A stretch of 55,591 nt of DNA, from positions 1-55,591 of IMG/VR virus record IMGVR_UViG_3300025168_000106; one strand, 5' to 3'. The notes under the pieces were generated by a model. That model saw only the letters and a list, made by a program, of their open reading frames with translations. It did no database searches and was not told the origin of the DNA. Positions 37,915 to 46,859 of the stretch are shown piece after piece (position 1 is the first letter of the stretch; every line of letters starts with the position of its first letter). This DNA comes from a virus. Lineage: Duplodnaviria > Caudoviricetes. A program made the translations under genes and the position numbers.

Positions 37915-40337
37915 ATTTCCAATGATGACTGAACCTCTGCACTATGCTTAGTTACAATTTTAATCCATCTTCCCGTTGAATCTCTCCCTTCCTTAGGTTC
38001 AATTTGATGTTTGAATACACAGAACCGAATTAACCACTTATAGAACAAAGTTCTAGAGATAGTTAGTTTGGCTTTCGGTCCGTAGTCAGGGTACTCCGTT
38101 ATGAAGTCTAAGTAGATGTCTTGCTTATAAGTCTTGCAATCCATTTCGAGGTAGCTATTAGCAACCGTTCCCTTTAGCAATCCACACCACTCTATAAAAT
38201 CATGGCTCGTAGCGGCAGACAACTGTCTAACTCCAAGATTAACAAACGTGCTCTCTATCAATCCTGTATTAAGATATCCTTGAAGGCAGTATACCATAAA
38301 GTTATCGAACTTACACCAATCGGTATCGTCCCAATCTGCAAAGAAGTGTTTCTTAAACTCCATAAGAGGAGTGTTGTATTTATTGTAATGTTGGTGTAAC
38401 TCTAACTCCCACTTCCTTCGTGCAAAAGAGTTCCCGGCACCCTTGATAGCATAGTTAGTAGTGATGGCAATCTTTGGTGACTTACTGAATGGAATTTTAA
38501 TAGCATCCTTATTCTTTTTTTCAAGGGTCAATCCCTCAGTAACTACGCTGAACAGTCTTTCGAAATCAAAGTTCTTCTTAACGTCATCGAAACATAGTAT
38601 CTGAGTATCAGCACTGACTAATTGATATGGAAAAGAACGCTCGAAAGCAAATGCCTTTCCATCTATCACGACCAACTTCTTCATATGTCCTAGAGCGTTC
38701 ATAAACAATCCCTTTCCTGTACCTCCCTCAGGGTTGTCGCTAATGACTTCGTCATTAAGAATCACCGCAGGACAGTAGCTTAGGTTCTTATACCCATGCA
38801 TCATATATCCTATAGTAGACTCCATTGTGTTTACTCTTCCCTTTTCATTGTTACACACATTACCTATGAATGTAGCGTAATGACAATCTCCTATATCACA
38901 TATATTAAAGTTCCTATCTATAACGTGGTCTTTCCAAACGTAACCTCCTAAGTCAAGGTAGTCTATGATGGTAACACCTGTCTTGCTTATGCGTATAGAA
39001 CAGTTTAGATAGTAGAGGTATGAAGTGTCTTTGGTATCCTCCACAAAAAATATATCAATCGTGGCAAGTAGAGTAAGGAACTCCTCACGGAAATATCTTG
39101 TGCACTCCGCGAAGAAATTATATATACTTGAATCACCAAGTTCAAGGAGGTAGTCTAAGATAAAGTCTTTAATCTCTTTCTCTGAGGTATGGTCGATAAG
39201 GTTATTTGTTACCTTAACAAACACATAGTTCTTACTCCCTTCGGGACAAAACTTATAGAATCCATTGTCCTCTAAGAACCTCTTGAACTCTATATGCTCA
39301 ATCTTTATTACTCCCTTTTCACTCTTTGTCCAAAAGATTTGCTTCTCATTTTCTGCCTCTACTCTATTAAGAACCGCATCAATAACATCGCTCTCCAAGT
39401 TGGACTCCTTGAGTTGGGAGCGGATTTCTTTTTTTGATGCACCTCTCTTAAGTTGATTGCGAATAGAACTTATTCTTTCCTCATCTTCGTAGTACTTAGT
39501 TCCAAAGTTATCGGTACGACTATACGCAGAGTTTATAGTTCTGTCTATCTCGTTCTCATTAAAATCATCACTAGCATAATGGCGCAGGATATTTGTAGCT
39601 AGGTTTTTATATACCCCAAAGTCATTGAAGGCCATCGCTAGGACATAAGCGTGTTGGTTCCTTTGACCTTCGCTCATCGGGTATTTCTTTACCCACCACT
39701 TAACGAGTATGTCTACAATCTTATTCTCGTCTGTTATAGGTATAGTTGGAGGGTCTCTCTGTGTCACCTCCTCATAATGCTGTTCATCTATTTTCTCCCA
39801 TATAGAAGAGTTTTTGTTTAAGAATAACAAGGGGTCGTATGACTCATAGCATACACGACTGATATTCTTAGACGTCTTATCGAAGTGTGGGTTATCAAAG
39901 TACTTCTCAAGAGAGTTGAAGTAGTTGGTGTGATTTTCCGGAATTTCCGGAATCTTTATCAAAGCCTTTAGTCCGGCTCCTGATGGAGATATGAATACTG
40001 AATATACATATCTGTCTTTAGATAGTTTCTCTTTATCTGATACCAAATCTTTTTGTTTGGTGTATCCATCAAAGTCCAAACATATAAACCCACTATGTTG
40101 TTGTAAAGAGTTATCTGTTCTCTTAACAAACTTCCCGCTGAAACAAATAGCAGGTAAATCTTTCTTTAATTCATTACGTGTAGACTTCTCTTTCTCTTTT
40201 CTGATTTTCTTAACCAATGTCTTACTCGCTCCATTACGGATGCGGTCTAAAACAAATCCTACATGTCTATGGAAAGGTGTTGAAGTCTCTCTTATATTTT
40301 TGAAAATAGTTATTTCCGATGATTGTGTCGTGTCCAT
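37911..40337 (-). CDS. Primase-helicase (BT4734/VirE-N-like primase, PriCT-1, SF3-like helicase)
   Basis: SGFICLDFD, FISPSGAGLK, GQRN PriCT motif, GGTGKG Walker A, FDDV Walker B, ITTN motif C. Confidence 0.85.
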   Translation of the reverse strand: MDTTQSSEITIFKNIRETSTPFHRHVGFVLDRIRNGASKTLVKKIRKEKEKSTRNELKKDLPAICFSGKFVKRTDNSLQQHSGFICLDFDGYTKQKDLVSDKEKLSKDRYVYSVFISPSGAGLKALIKIPEIPENHTNYFNSLEKYFDNPHFDKTSKNISRVCYESYDPLLFLNKNSSIWEKIDEQHYEEVTQRDPPTIPITDENKIVDILVKWWVKKYPMSEGQRNQHAYVLAMAFNDFGVYKNLATNILRHYASDDFNENEIDRTINSAYSRTDNFGTKYYEDEERISSIRNQLKRGASKKEIRSQLKESNLESDVIDAVLNRVEAENEKQIFWTKSEKGVIKIEHIEFKRFLEDNGFYKFCPEGSKNYVFVKVTNNLIDHTSEKEIKDFILDYLLELGDSSIYNFFAECTRYFREEFLTLLATIDIFFVEDTKDTSYLYYLNCSIRISKTGVTIIDYLDLGGYVWKDHVIDRNFNICDIGDCHYATFIGNVCNNEKGRVNTMESTIGYMMHGYKNLSYCPAVILNDEVISDNPEGGTGKGLFMNALGHMKKLVVIDGKAFAFERSFPYQLVSADTQILCFDDVKKNFDFERLFSVVTEGLTLEKKNKDAIKIPFSKSPKIAITTNYAIKGAGNSFARRKWELELHQHYNKYNTPLMEFKKHFFADWDDTDWCKFDNFMVYCLQGYLNTGLIESTFVNLGVRQLSAATSHDFIEWCGLLKGTVANSYLEMDCKTYKQDIYLDFITEYPDYGPKAKLTISRTLFYKWLIRFCVFKHQIEPKEGRDSTGRWIKIVTKHSAEVQSSLEI

Positions 40338-40360
40338 GACAAATAAATGCTTATTTAATG

Positions 40361-40413
40361 TTTTGTAACTAATTGATTATTAAACCACTGCTTAAAATGC
40401 TTATTTTTTACTC
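40361..40413. repeat. Origin-like AT-rich element, copy 1, with IHF-consensus site
   Basis: TTTTGTAACTAATTGATTATTAA...AAATGCTTATTTTTTACTC is an imperfect direct repeat of 51268-51320; - strand AATCAATTAGTTA fits WATCAANNNNTTR. Confidence 0.6.
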
Positions 40414-40495
40414 TCATATACAAGGAAAAAAAAATATAGTAAATATATACAGTGTGGTAAAGTACTAACTTTTTTTCGACTTTCGACATAAGTGT

Positions 40496-40552
40496 AAAAA
40501 AAAGAAGGGTACGGTACTGTATCTTTTTGGATACGATACCATACCCCCTCTT
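40496..40552 (-). terminator. Long-stem intrinsic terminator after the SSB gene
   Basis: - strand GGGTATGGTATCGTATC-CAAAAA-GATACAGTACCGTACCC then TTC and a T8 tract. Confidence 0.65.
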
Positions 40553-40566
40553 CATTCACATTATAC

Positions 40567-40860
40567 CTAGAATGGTATTTCGTCTGTATCTACCTCAGCT
40601 ACTTTAGCTTTTGGCTTAGTAGCCTCAGCTACCTTTTCACCTTGTGGCTTAGGTTCCCAAGTATCTAATTGGAAGTAGTGCTTACCTCCCTTAGATTCTT
40701 TTAGGTCTAAATTCACCCATCCCTTTTTGACATTGTCTTTTAGGAATACGATGAACTCATCCACCTTGATTGATACTGCGCCCATCACGAATGATGGAGC
40801 GTTGTCTTTTTGCTTGAAGAAGATGCCTTCTCCAAAAATCTTGTCGTCATTTTGTGACAT
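40567..40860 (-). CDS. Putative single-stranded DNA-binding protein
   Basis: Small beta-rich protein with acidic tail DTDEIPF, next to the recombination genes. Confidence 0.65.
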   Translation of the reverse strand: MSQNDDKIFGEGIFFKQKDNAPSFVMGAVSIKVDEFIVFLKDNVKKGWVNLDLKESKGGKHYFQLDTWEPKPQGEKVAEATKPKAKVAEVDTDEIPF

Positions 40861-40862
40861 GA

Positions 40863-41027
40863 TTACTTATATTTAATTGTTTGCTCCAAATAAATTACCA
40901 TCGCGTCAATTACTTGTTGTTTCATTTGCGGTGATTCGCAGACAGTTGGAACTTCTATCTGCATTACGTCTAGCCTACGGACTTTCCGTATCCATACTTC
41001 TAAGTCATTATATATTCTAGATAACAT
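40863..41027 (-). CDS. Hypothetical 54-aa protein (not in ORF track)
   Basis: MLSRIYNDLEVW...IKYK fills the gap between the exonuclease and SSB genes. Confidence 0.6.
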   Translation of the reverse strand: MLSRIYNDLEVWIRKVRRLDVMQIEVPTVCESPQMKQQVIDAMVIYLEQTIKYK

Positions 41028-41766
41028 CGTTCATATAATAATCACCAATCTTCTGTGGTGCTTTATCATCAAAGAACTTATTATAAACCTCTATTGCTCT
41101 CTCAACTTTATCCTCTCCCCTTGCTATAAAATCGTCAGAAGGAGCGAACATGCCAAGCATATTTGAACCCTTGTCTATTGCATAGAATATGAGTGGTTTA
41201 CCAAATAGTTTTTGGTATATGTAACATTGACTATCATAGTTGTACTTACGAGCAGACCACTTGAAGTCAGCTATGTTACTCGTTGTCTTGAGGTCTATGA
41301 TACAATCGTTAGTAATGATGTCAGCTTTCCCTTTCCACATTACTCCTTTGATTTGTCCAATCGCAGGTTGCTCATACACATTTCCCTCTGCACGGATACC
41401 TTCATAGAAGTCAAAGTTCCCTAACATAGTCTGTACGTTTGATTCTATTCCCTCCTTTTCTTTGGTCAGCATACAGAACGAAAGTTTATTCTCCTCTAAG
41501 AAGTTTTTATATAGCTTAGTAGAGCGAGTAGACGCATCCACGTGAACCACGTTTTTAGCCTTCTCAGGCTCTAGTATCATCTGATGGAAGTATCTACCCT
41601 TAGCGAAGTTGATATTGTCCTCCTGAGGCACCCTAAATTCCTTCGGGTTCCCTAGCAGTTTACCTATGTCTGAATTTGAGAGGTAATTTTTACCTACACC
41701 TGAGTAATATTCATTATCATCCCTAAGCGTTTCAATTATATTGTGATGGTCTTGTACTTCTTTCAT
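41017..41766 (-). CDS. RecE/DUF3799-like PD-(D/E)xK exonuclease
   Basis: YLSNSDI, GRYFHQMILEP, KGKADI...IIDLKTT, YDSQCYIY. Confidence 0.85.
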   Translation of the reverse strand: MKEVQDHHNIIETLRDDNEYYSGVGKNYLSNSDIGKLLGNPKEFRVPQEDNINFAKGRYFHQMILEPEKAKNVVHVDASTRSTKLYKNFLEENKLSFCMLTKEKEGIESNVQTMLGNFDFYEGIRAEGNVYEQPAIGQIKGVMWKGKADIITNDCIIDLKTTSNIADFKWSARKYNYDSQCYIYQKLFGKPLIFYAIDKGSNMLGMFAPSDDFIARGEDKVERAIEVYNKFFDDKAPQKIGDYYMNDVI

Positions 41767-42368
41767 ACGTTCTTCTCTTCATTTGCCTCGTCATAAACTG
41801 CCTTAAGTTTATCTAGTGAAACAGTTGTAAACGTGTACTTAGCAGAGATTCGCTCAACAAGAGTGGCAAAGTCCTCATGTCTTGATGATATGATGTATTT
41901 CTCTACGGCTCCCCATGACTTAGACTTAGGAGACATTGGCTTTAGTTTAATTGGCTCAGGTGTTGGCTCAGGGATATCTTCTCCGGTATATAAACTCACC
42001 CCTAAACCATGCATCGCTATACTTTTAACAGTACTACGTTGGATAGCTTTGTTCACATCCATAGATGTTAGCTTATCTACTGATATAGATTTATTCCTAA
42101 AATCCATGACGGGGAGCATGTCTATTATCTCTTGCGTGTCGATAGTTATTCCCACCTTTACATAGCAAGTGTTCCCATCTGAGAAATAGTTTAGTCCGGT
42201 ATGCTCTGACTCATATATCTTCCTACTTGCGTTAGGATACTCTTTCTTTAGAAGCATCCATGCGTTTGCCCATGATACATATGATAACCCACCTCTCTTT
42301 TCGAGGTAGTCGTAGACGTTGATTGCAGATAACGTCTCAAAAACTGATTTCCTTTTGACTTGTGTCAT
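41763..42368 (-). CDS. Sak3/DUF1071-like single-strand annealing protein
   Basis: LSYVSWANAW, LPVMDFRNK, DVNKAIQRSTVKSIAMHGLGVSLYTGEDIP. Confidence 0.88.
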   Translation of the reverse strand: MTQVKRKSVFETLSAINVYDYLEKRGGLSYVSWANAWMLLKKEYPNASRKIYESEHTGLNYFSDGNTCYVKVGITIDTQEIIDMLPVMDFRNKSISVDKLTSMDVNKAIQRSTVKSIAMHGLGVSLYTGEDIPEPTPEPIKLKPMSPKSKSWGAVEKYIISSRHEDFATLVERISAKYTFTTVSLDKLKAVYDEANEEKNV

Positions 42369-42796
42369 AATTGATTGTTTTTTAATTGATTGATTTTATT
42401 TGTTATACGAAGATGTAGAGCTTTGGTTTTGGTTATTTGATTTTCAACACCTTCAATATATCTAGGTCTTCGCGGTTCTTTTATCTCTTCAATCTCTAAC
42501 GTCTCTTTTAGTTTGTCCATCTTTAAGATACAGTTAGACAGAGATAAAATATACACACCATGTATCCATCCAAAAACTTTGAACGAATCGTATTCACTTG
42601 GACTGACCTCTTCGTAAAAGGCTCCTCCCTTCTGAGTATTTAAAATAGTTACTTCATTGATTTTTTCCTTTATTCGATAGCAACTCACAATCTTAATTCC
42701 GTATAATAACCTACCCTCAAAAGGATGAGCATTTACATTGACTGAAAATCTATCTAATTTTGACTGTTCAAAAATTTCATTAAGACTGAATGACAT
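42365..42796 (-). CDS. Hypothetical protein
   Basis: 143-aa ORF overlapping both neighbours in the operon. Confidence 0.65.
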   Translation of the reverse strand: MSFSLNEIFEQSKLDRFSVNVNAHPFEGRLLYGIKIVSCYRIKEKINEVTILNTQKGGAFYEEVSPSEYDSFKVFGWIHGVYILSLSNCILKMDKLKETLEIEEIKEPRRPRYIEGVENQITKTKALHLRITNKINQLKNNQL

Positions 42797-43085
42797 AATC
42801 GTTTAGTTCTTGTATTAACATCTTATAATCGTTGTCATCTTTTTTTAAAGCCGTAACCCTCTTGATACCATAGAGTATCGTAGTGTGGTCAATAGTATAA
42901 CCTCTCTCTCCCATATACTGTTGGATATCTCTTGGGCGCATAGGTCTTTGGTTGCACATATAGTACAGAAGGTATCTTGCATCAACCACAGGTCTTACTT
43001 TGGTCTTTACAAAAAGGTCTTTATATGAAAGGTTGAATCGTTGGCATATTGCATGACAATAAGACTTAAATATTTCCTCTTTCAT
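42780..43085 (-). CDS. DnaA C-terminal (domain IV)-like HTH protein
   Basis: KTKVRPVVDARYLLYYMC...DHTTILYGIKRV matches the DnaA domain IV pattern. Confidence 0.75.
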   Translation of the reverse strand: MKEEIFKSYCHAICQRFNLSYKDLFVKTKVRPVVDARYLLYYMCNQRPMRPRDIQQYMGERGYTIDHTTILYGIKRVTALKKDDNDYKMLIQELNDYVIQS

Positions 43086-43266
43086 TATTTTCTTTTTTAC
43101 TCCTAAGTGGAGGAGATTTGATGGTTAATAAATACTCGAAAAAATCTGCTAAGACTATGTCGTAGGGTGAGGGTTTGAACCCTCGCTTAGATGTTGCTTG
43201 GTACTCATCGTCCAAGAACTTGTCGTCGTTCTGAGTTCCCTCAAGAAGTGTTTTGATTTTTGACAT
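43066..43266 (-). CDS. Hypothetical protein containing a palindrome copy (43169-43184)
   Basis: ATG 43266 downstream of a promoter box; the palindrome encodes RGFKPS. Confidence 0.6.
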   Translation of the reverse strand: MSKIKTLLEGTQNDDKFLDDEYQATSKRGFKPSPYDIVLADFFEYLLTIKSPPLRSKKENNERGNI

Positions 43267-43288
43267 TACATTTAATTTAATTGGTTTG

Positions 43289-43320
43289 TAAATATACAAT
43301 ATGTTTATTTATTGTGCAAA
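43289..43320 (-). promoter_or_regulatory. Bacteroidota-type promoter TTTG-N20-TATATTTA
   Basis: -33 and -7 elements at canonical spacing upstream of the replication/recombination operon. Confidence 0.6.
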
Positions 43321-43674
43321 TTATGTAGAACTTTTTATTTGATTATAAACATAACTCTCTACCGCTTCTAATTTTCTATCCTCATAGGATATCTTACTGA
43401 AGATACTTTTGTATAACCACATATCGTTTTTTAGTAACTGTATGTAATACATCTGAGGATACATCATAACGTGTAAAGCCTCATCATCTATATTGTAGAT
43501 AGACGTATCGTGGGTTGCAGTGAAATCTTCGCGAGTCATTAGTTGTCCGAACTGAGTAAAGTCTTTGACACTCCACTCAGTTTTATCTGCCATTTGCTGT
43601 AAAGTTTGTATCCGGTCTCGGCTATCTTCAATGCGTTTTGCATGGTTAGACGCCTTTAAAAAAAAAGTTTTCAT
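43321..43674 (-). CDS. Hypothetical protein
   Basis: 117-aa ORF on the coding strand. Confidence 0.65.
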   Translation of the reverse strand: MKTFFLKASNHAKRIEDSRDRIQTLQQMADKTEWSVKDFTQFGQLMTREDFTATHDTSIYNIDDEALHVMMYPQMYYIQLLKNDMWLYKSIFSKISYEDRKLEAVESYVYNQIKSST

Positions 43675-43685
43675 GGTGTTTGGGG

Positions 43686-43925
43686 TTAATCTATTTCGCT
43701 AGAGTCAGTAACTATTACATCACCAACCAATATGGTTCCGTACATCTCTGTTGCGGTTTCATTTATAGGTAGAGAACGTAGCAGTCCTTCCTCGTTTACT
43801 ATAAAAACTTTATCGTCCTTATATACATACTCTATGTATCCATCAACAAGGTCTTGTTGTTTTGCTAAAGAGTCTATTGCAATATCTTCTACGATAGTGC
43901 CATCTGTTTTAATTAAAATAGCCAT
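43686..43925 (-). CDS. DUF3846-like protein
   Basis: ATG 43925; SLAKQQDLVDGYIE...VNEEGLLRSLPIN..AT....LVGDVIV. Confidence 0.75.
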   Translation of the reverse strand: MAILIKTDGTIVEDIAIDSLAKQQDLVDGYIEYVYKDDKVFIVNEEGLLRSLPINETATEMYGTILVGDVIVTDSSEID

Positions 43926-43929
43926 TGTT

Positions 43930-44178
43930 TTAATATTGAAGGTCAGTGTACTTACCGTACCAATAACCTTTGTGAATAATCTTCTCAACTCCACCCCACT
44001 TAAGGGTGTGTACAGCTTTGGTACACTCCTTGACTTGTATCGTCTCGTCAAGGGTAGCACCAACCTTCTTTGCCTCTGCCTCAATAGAGTCAAGACAAGC
44101 AAGATACATGTCATCCTCTTTAAAGGATGCAACATGCACTCGCGTCTTGTCCGGCATAACGAAGTCTATCTTAATCAC
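43930..44178 (-). CDS. Hypothetical protein
   Basis: 82-aa ORF with a GTGA overlap to the upstream gene. Confidence 0.6.
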   Translation of the reverse strand: MIKIDFVMPDKTRVHVASFKEDDMYLACLDSIEAEAKKVGATLDETIQVKECTKAVHTLKWGGVEKIIHKGYWYGKYTDLQY

Positions 44179-44432
44179 AGCACCCTCCGTTTAATTCTAT
44201 TCCATAGAGAAGGCTTAGGGTGACATACACATAGCTTAGGAAAGGAGTCCTTGCCTTCTAGCTTAGTAACTAACTTCTTATACTTCTTTACCTTAGCATC
44301 GTAGCGTAACCCGATAAAATCTTTACGTTTAAATCGCTTGTCTTTCCCTAGAAAGTTTCCCGCATAAATTGATGTAAACTCTTGAACACGCTCAGGTGTC
44401 CATTCAAAATGGTTGTGTCTTGTATATGACAT
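44175..44432 (-). CDS. Hypothetical basic protein
   Basis: 85-aa ORF in the operon. Confidence 0.6.
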   Translation of the reverse strand: MSYTRHNHFEWTPERVQEFTSIYAGNFLGKDKRFKRKDFIGLRYDAKVKKYKKLVTKLEGKDSFPKLCVCHPKPSLWNRIKRRVL

Positions 44433-44437
44433 AGTTA

Positions 44438-45514
44438 TTATATATTAAAATGATTACTTGAAACTTCTTCTGCTGTGTACTCGCTTCCACATCCTATGCA
44501 CTGAAATGTATCCCCTAGAAACTCCTCCTTGATTAAGTCGTTGTAACACTCAATGCAATAAGGCTTTTCATCCACATCATGTCCCTCATCAGCGTATAGG
44601 TCATCCCATAAGGGCGTTTGGTTGCACTCTGCCTCGTAAGGTACAAAGGAGAGTTTCTTCGCAATGGGTTTAGGAGCATACGTCTTGTGGTATTCCTGAC
44701 TGTCTAATGGTTGTGAGTCGTTGAAGTATATCCAACACGTTAGCACTCTCCCATCGTCCATCTTAATAGGCACCTCTCTTCGTTGATACCATTGAGGGTG
44801 ACCCTCCAACCTGTCAAGGTCGTCAAAGGTCGCGTCATTGACCTTAAATACATCAACCTCTACATTGTGTCCTACTCCCTCAGAAGATAGAAGGAAAGGT
44901 AACCCGCTTATAATTAAAGGGTATTTAGTCTGTGTCTCTCCACTGCCTAAAAATCGCGCTGACCTTAAGTAGTTATTGTAGTTGTTATAACCCTTCTTTA
45001 ACGTGCCGTAAACAGCGACTACATTCTCTTGTAAAACGTTTGACTTAGAATACCATATACCGTCTCTCTTGGTATAGGCATCTCGGTTATAAATCTGAAA
45101 CGACTTGTCTTTCGTATTGATAGAGACGAATCTTGAATCGTGCTTCTCTAACTCTGCCTTCCATTGGGCGCGAGGTATATCCCCTAGACTTTCCGCTAAG
45201 ACTTTGCTGTCGCACTTCTCCTTCGTTCCCAATCCCTTAATCGTTCCGTTCTGCATAAGTAACTCATGCTCTAACTCACCGCATACAAAAGGGTGTGTGT
45301 TGGATAACCCAACCTTCCCAACCGTAGCATATCTAAAGTGAGCAATAAATGGTCGCTCGGTTAATAACGACTCGTACTCTGATGACTTGTGATAGGTGGT
45401 CTCGAATGTATCGAGGAAAGTAATCCCAAGTCCATGAGGATTAATTCGTGCCGAATTTTCTAACGTCTCTTTCGAAATTATGTTAGACTTTTGTTTGATA
45501 ATAATTACACACAT
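44438..45514 (-). CDS. Class II glutamine amidotransferase fused to gamma-glutamylcyclotransferase (AIG2-like) and a C-terminal Zn ribbon
   Basis: Catalytic Cys2 (MCVII), NPHGLG, HFRYAT, NTHPF, QNG, DS; then VAVYGTLKKG and LDRLEGHP; then CIEC...CIGC. Confidence 0.88.
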   Translation of the reverse strand: MCVIIIKQKSNIISKETLENSARINPHGLGITFLDTFETTYHKSSEYESLLTERPFIAHFRYATVGKVGLSNTHPFVCGELEHELLMQNGTIKGLGTKEKCDSKVLAESLGDIPRAQWKAELEKHDSRFVSINTKDKSFQIYNRDAYTKRDGIWYSKSNVLQENVVAVYGTLKKGYNNYNNYLRSARFLGSGETQTKYPLIISGLPFLLSSEGVGHNVEVDVFKVNDATFDDLDRLEGHPQWYQRREVPIKMDDGRVLTCWIYFNDSQPLDSQEYHKTYAPKPIAKKLSFVPYEAECNQTPLWDDLYADEGHDVDEKPYCIECYNDLIKEEFLGDTFQCIGCGSEYTAEEVSSNHFNI

Positions 45515-45530
45515 TGTGTTTTTGTTTAGC

Positions 45531-45546
45531 GAGGGTTTGAACCCTC
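45531..45546. repeat. GAGGGTT-TG-AACCCTC palindrome in the GATase leader
   Basis: Exact 16-mer between the promoter (45568-45600) and ATG 45514. Confidence 0.85.
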
Positions 45547-45567
45547 ATTGATTGTTTACTTATTGTA

Positions 45568-45600
45568 CAAATATAGTGTATATATTGTGCAATTCCTAAT
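45568..45600 (-). promoter_or_regulatory. Early promoter GAATTGCAC-N10-CTATATTTG
   Basis: Same boxes and spacing as 47134-47166 and 50475-50502. Confidence 0.65.
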
Positions 45601-45611
45601 TTATTGATTGA

Positions 45612-45731
45612 TTATTTTTCAGTTAACCAATCCGCGATGTACTCATCACGACATTCTTTAGAGCAAGGCTGACCTTCAACCTCGACTTCTCTCTCTCCAC
45701 AGTTTGCGCACATAGGCGTTTCATCTTCCAT
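45612..45731 (-). CDS. 39-aa Zn-finger microprotein (not in ORF track)
   Basis: MEDETPMCANCGE...PCSKECRDEY... with CxxC...CSxxC. Confidence 0.6.
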   Translation of the reverse strand: MEDETPMCANCGEREVEVEGQPCSKECRDEYIADWLTEK

Positions 45732-45738
45732 GTCTTTT

Positions 45739-45939
45739 TTATAAGTGAGTTAAGGGTGCTGTATGATGAATAAAGGAGTGAGTGAATTTAATGGGCACCA
45801 CTGACCATAACTCTAATTTTGTGGCGGCTTTGTCGTCTGCTTGTTCTTTAGTTTTGAACTTAGCAGTCCTGCCCCCAAACCCCTTCATCGTATTTAAAGT
45901 CCTCTCGTCTATAACGATAAATATATCTGTGTTTTTCAT
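45739..45939 (-). CDS. Hypothetical early protein
   Basis: 66-aa ORF in the operon. Confidence 0.6.
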   Translation of the reverse strand: MKNTDIFIVIDERTLNTMKGFGGRTAKFKTKEQADDKAATKLELWSVVPIKFTHSFIHHTAPLTHL

Positions 45940-45941
45940 GA

Positions 45942-46331
45942 TTAATAACTTAATCGAGATACAATTATCTCATATTCATAATTACCCTTACTCACTATAG
46001 ATATTTCATAATCGGAAGTATAGGTTTGATTACCAAGAATAAACTGACTCCCATTGTTACTTATTGATGCACCATCTTCAAGCGCACCACTAAGCCTTTT
46101 TAGATACATTCTATCTCCGAAAGTTTTAAAGTCTATCTTAATGGCAAAGTACCTATCGTATAACTCTTTTGAGCATCTCTCTGCTTCGCTCTTGAACCCC
46201 AATGCTAATGTGTCTTCTCTATAGTACTCTTCGTTTTCTGAGAAGTCGCAGTCTATCTCAAAGAATGGTATAAACATTCTTTCGTGGCATCCTTTGATGC
46301 TGATACGGTGTACGTGCAAGTTATTGCTCAT
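45942..46331 (-). CDS. Hypothetical early protein
   Basis: 129-aa ORF in the operon. Confidence 0.65.
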   Translation of the reverse strand: MSNNLHVHRISIKGCHERMFIPFFEIDCDFSENEEYYREDTLALGFKSEAERCSKELYDRYFAIKIDFKTFGDRMYLKRLSGALEDGASISNNGSQFILGNQTYTSDYEISIVSKGNYEYEIIVSRLSY

Positions 46332-46752
46332 CGAGATATATATTTGCTATTGTGTCTGAAATTTCATTGTTGATATACTCCATCATAGAGTCGTTATCTT
46401 TGAACGTAGCTAGGAGGATGCTCAAGGCTTGTTCCTCAGTTAGCTTGATTTCTAAGTGTTCTGCGTTACGCATTACATCCTCAGTACTCCATTTTAGTTC
46501 GCTTCCGGTGTAATAGGTAAGAGGGTTAAAACGAGGGTTCAATTGAACCCTCGTTAAACGAGGGTTCAAACCCTCGTTTTCTATCTTCCACTCCTCATGC
46601 TTTGCAGTGAAGTAAAGTATAGATTCTTTACATCTCTGTTCGCTGTATTTTGGTCGTTCAATAGAGTCTATGTCAAATTGTGATTTGCGTAGTTGCTCGT
46701 TCCAAAAAATTAACTTGTCGGCATAGCCGTTTTTGTAGGATTGTGTGCCCAT
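46321..46752 (-). CDS. Hypothetical early protein with an internal palindrome cluster
   Basis: 143 aa; central ENEGLNPRLTRVQLNPRFNPL is encoded by tandem palindromes. Confidence 0.65.
   Translation of the reverse strand: MGTQSYKNGYADKLIFWNEQLRKSQFDIDSIERPKYSEQRCKESILYFTAKHEEWKIENEGLNPRLTRVQLNPRFNPLTYYTGSELKWSTEDVMRNAEHLEIKLTEEQALSILLATFKDNDSMMEYINNEISDTIANIYLDEQ
46521..46579. repeat. Tandem cluster of GAGGGTT/AACCCTC palindromes
   Basis: Half site 46521-46527; perfect palindrome AACGAGGGTTCAATTGAACCCTCGTT 46530-46555; AAACGAGGGTTCAAACCCTCGTTT 46556-46579. Confidence 0.85.
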
Positions 46753-46859
46753 TATATGTTGACGTTATCGTGTATGTAACACGTGGTTATGATTAGTAAA
46801 ATGAATAGAGTAACTAACCCTATTCCGAAAATTAAATCTGTTAATTCTTCCTTATTCAT
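46752..46859 (-). CDS. 35-aa single-TM microprotein (not in ORF track)
   Basis: MNKEELTDLIFGIGLVTLFILLIITTCYIHDNVNI; ATGA and TAATG coupling on both sides. Confidence 0.65.
   Translation of the reverse strand: MNKEELTDLIFGIGLVTLFILLIITTCYIHDNVNI

Noticed and set aside
40355-40555. - strand 66-aa ORF upstream of the primase
   Set aside because: Spans a terminator hairpin and the AT-rich duplicated element; low-complexity product.
45636-45655. UGAUGAGUAC on the - strand as a fifth hammerhead
   Set aside because: Lacks the C3 of CUGAUGA and a properly placed GAAA/stem III, and lies inside a Zn-finger micro-ORF.
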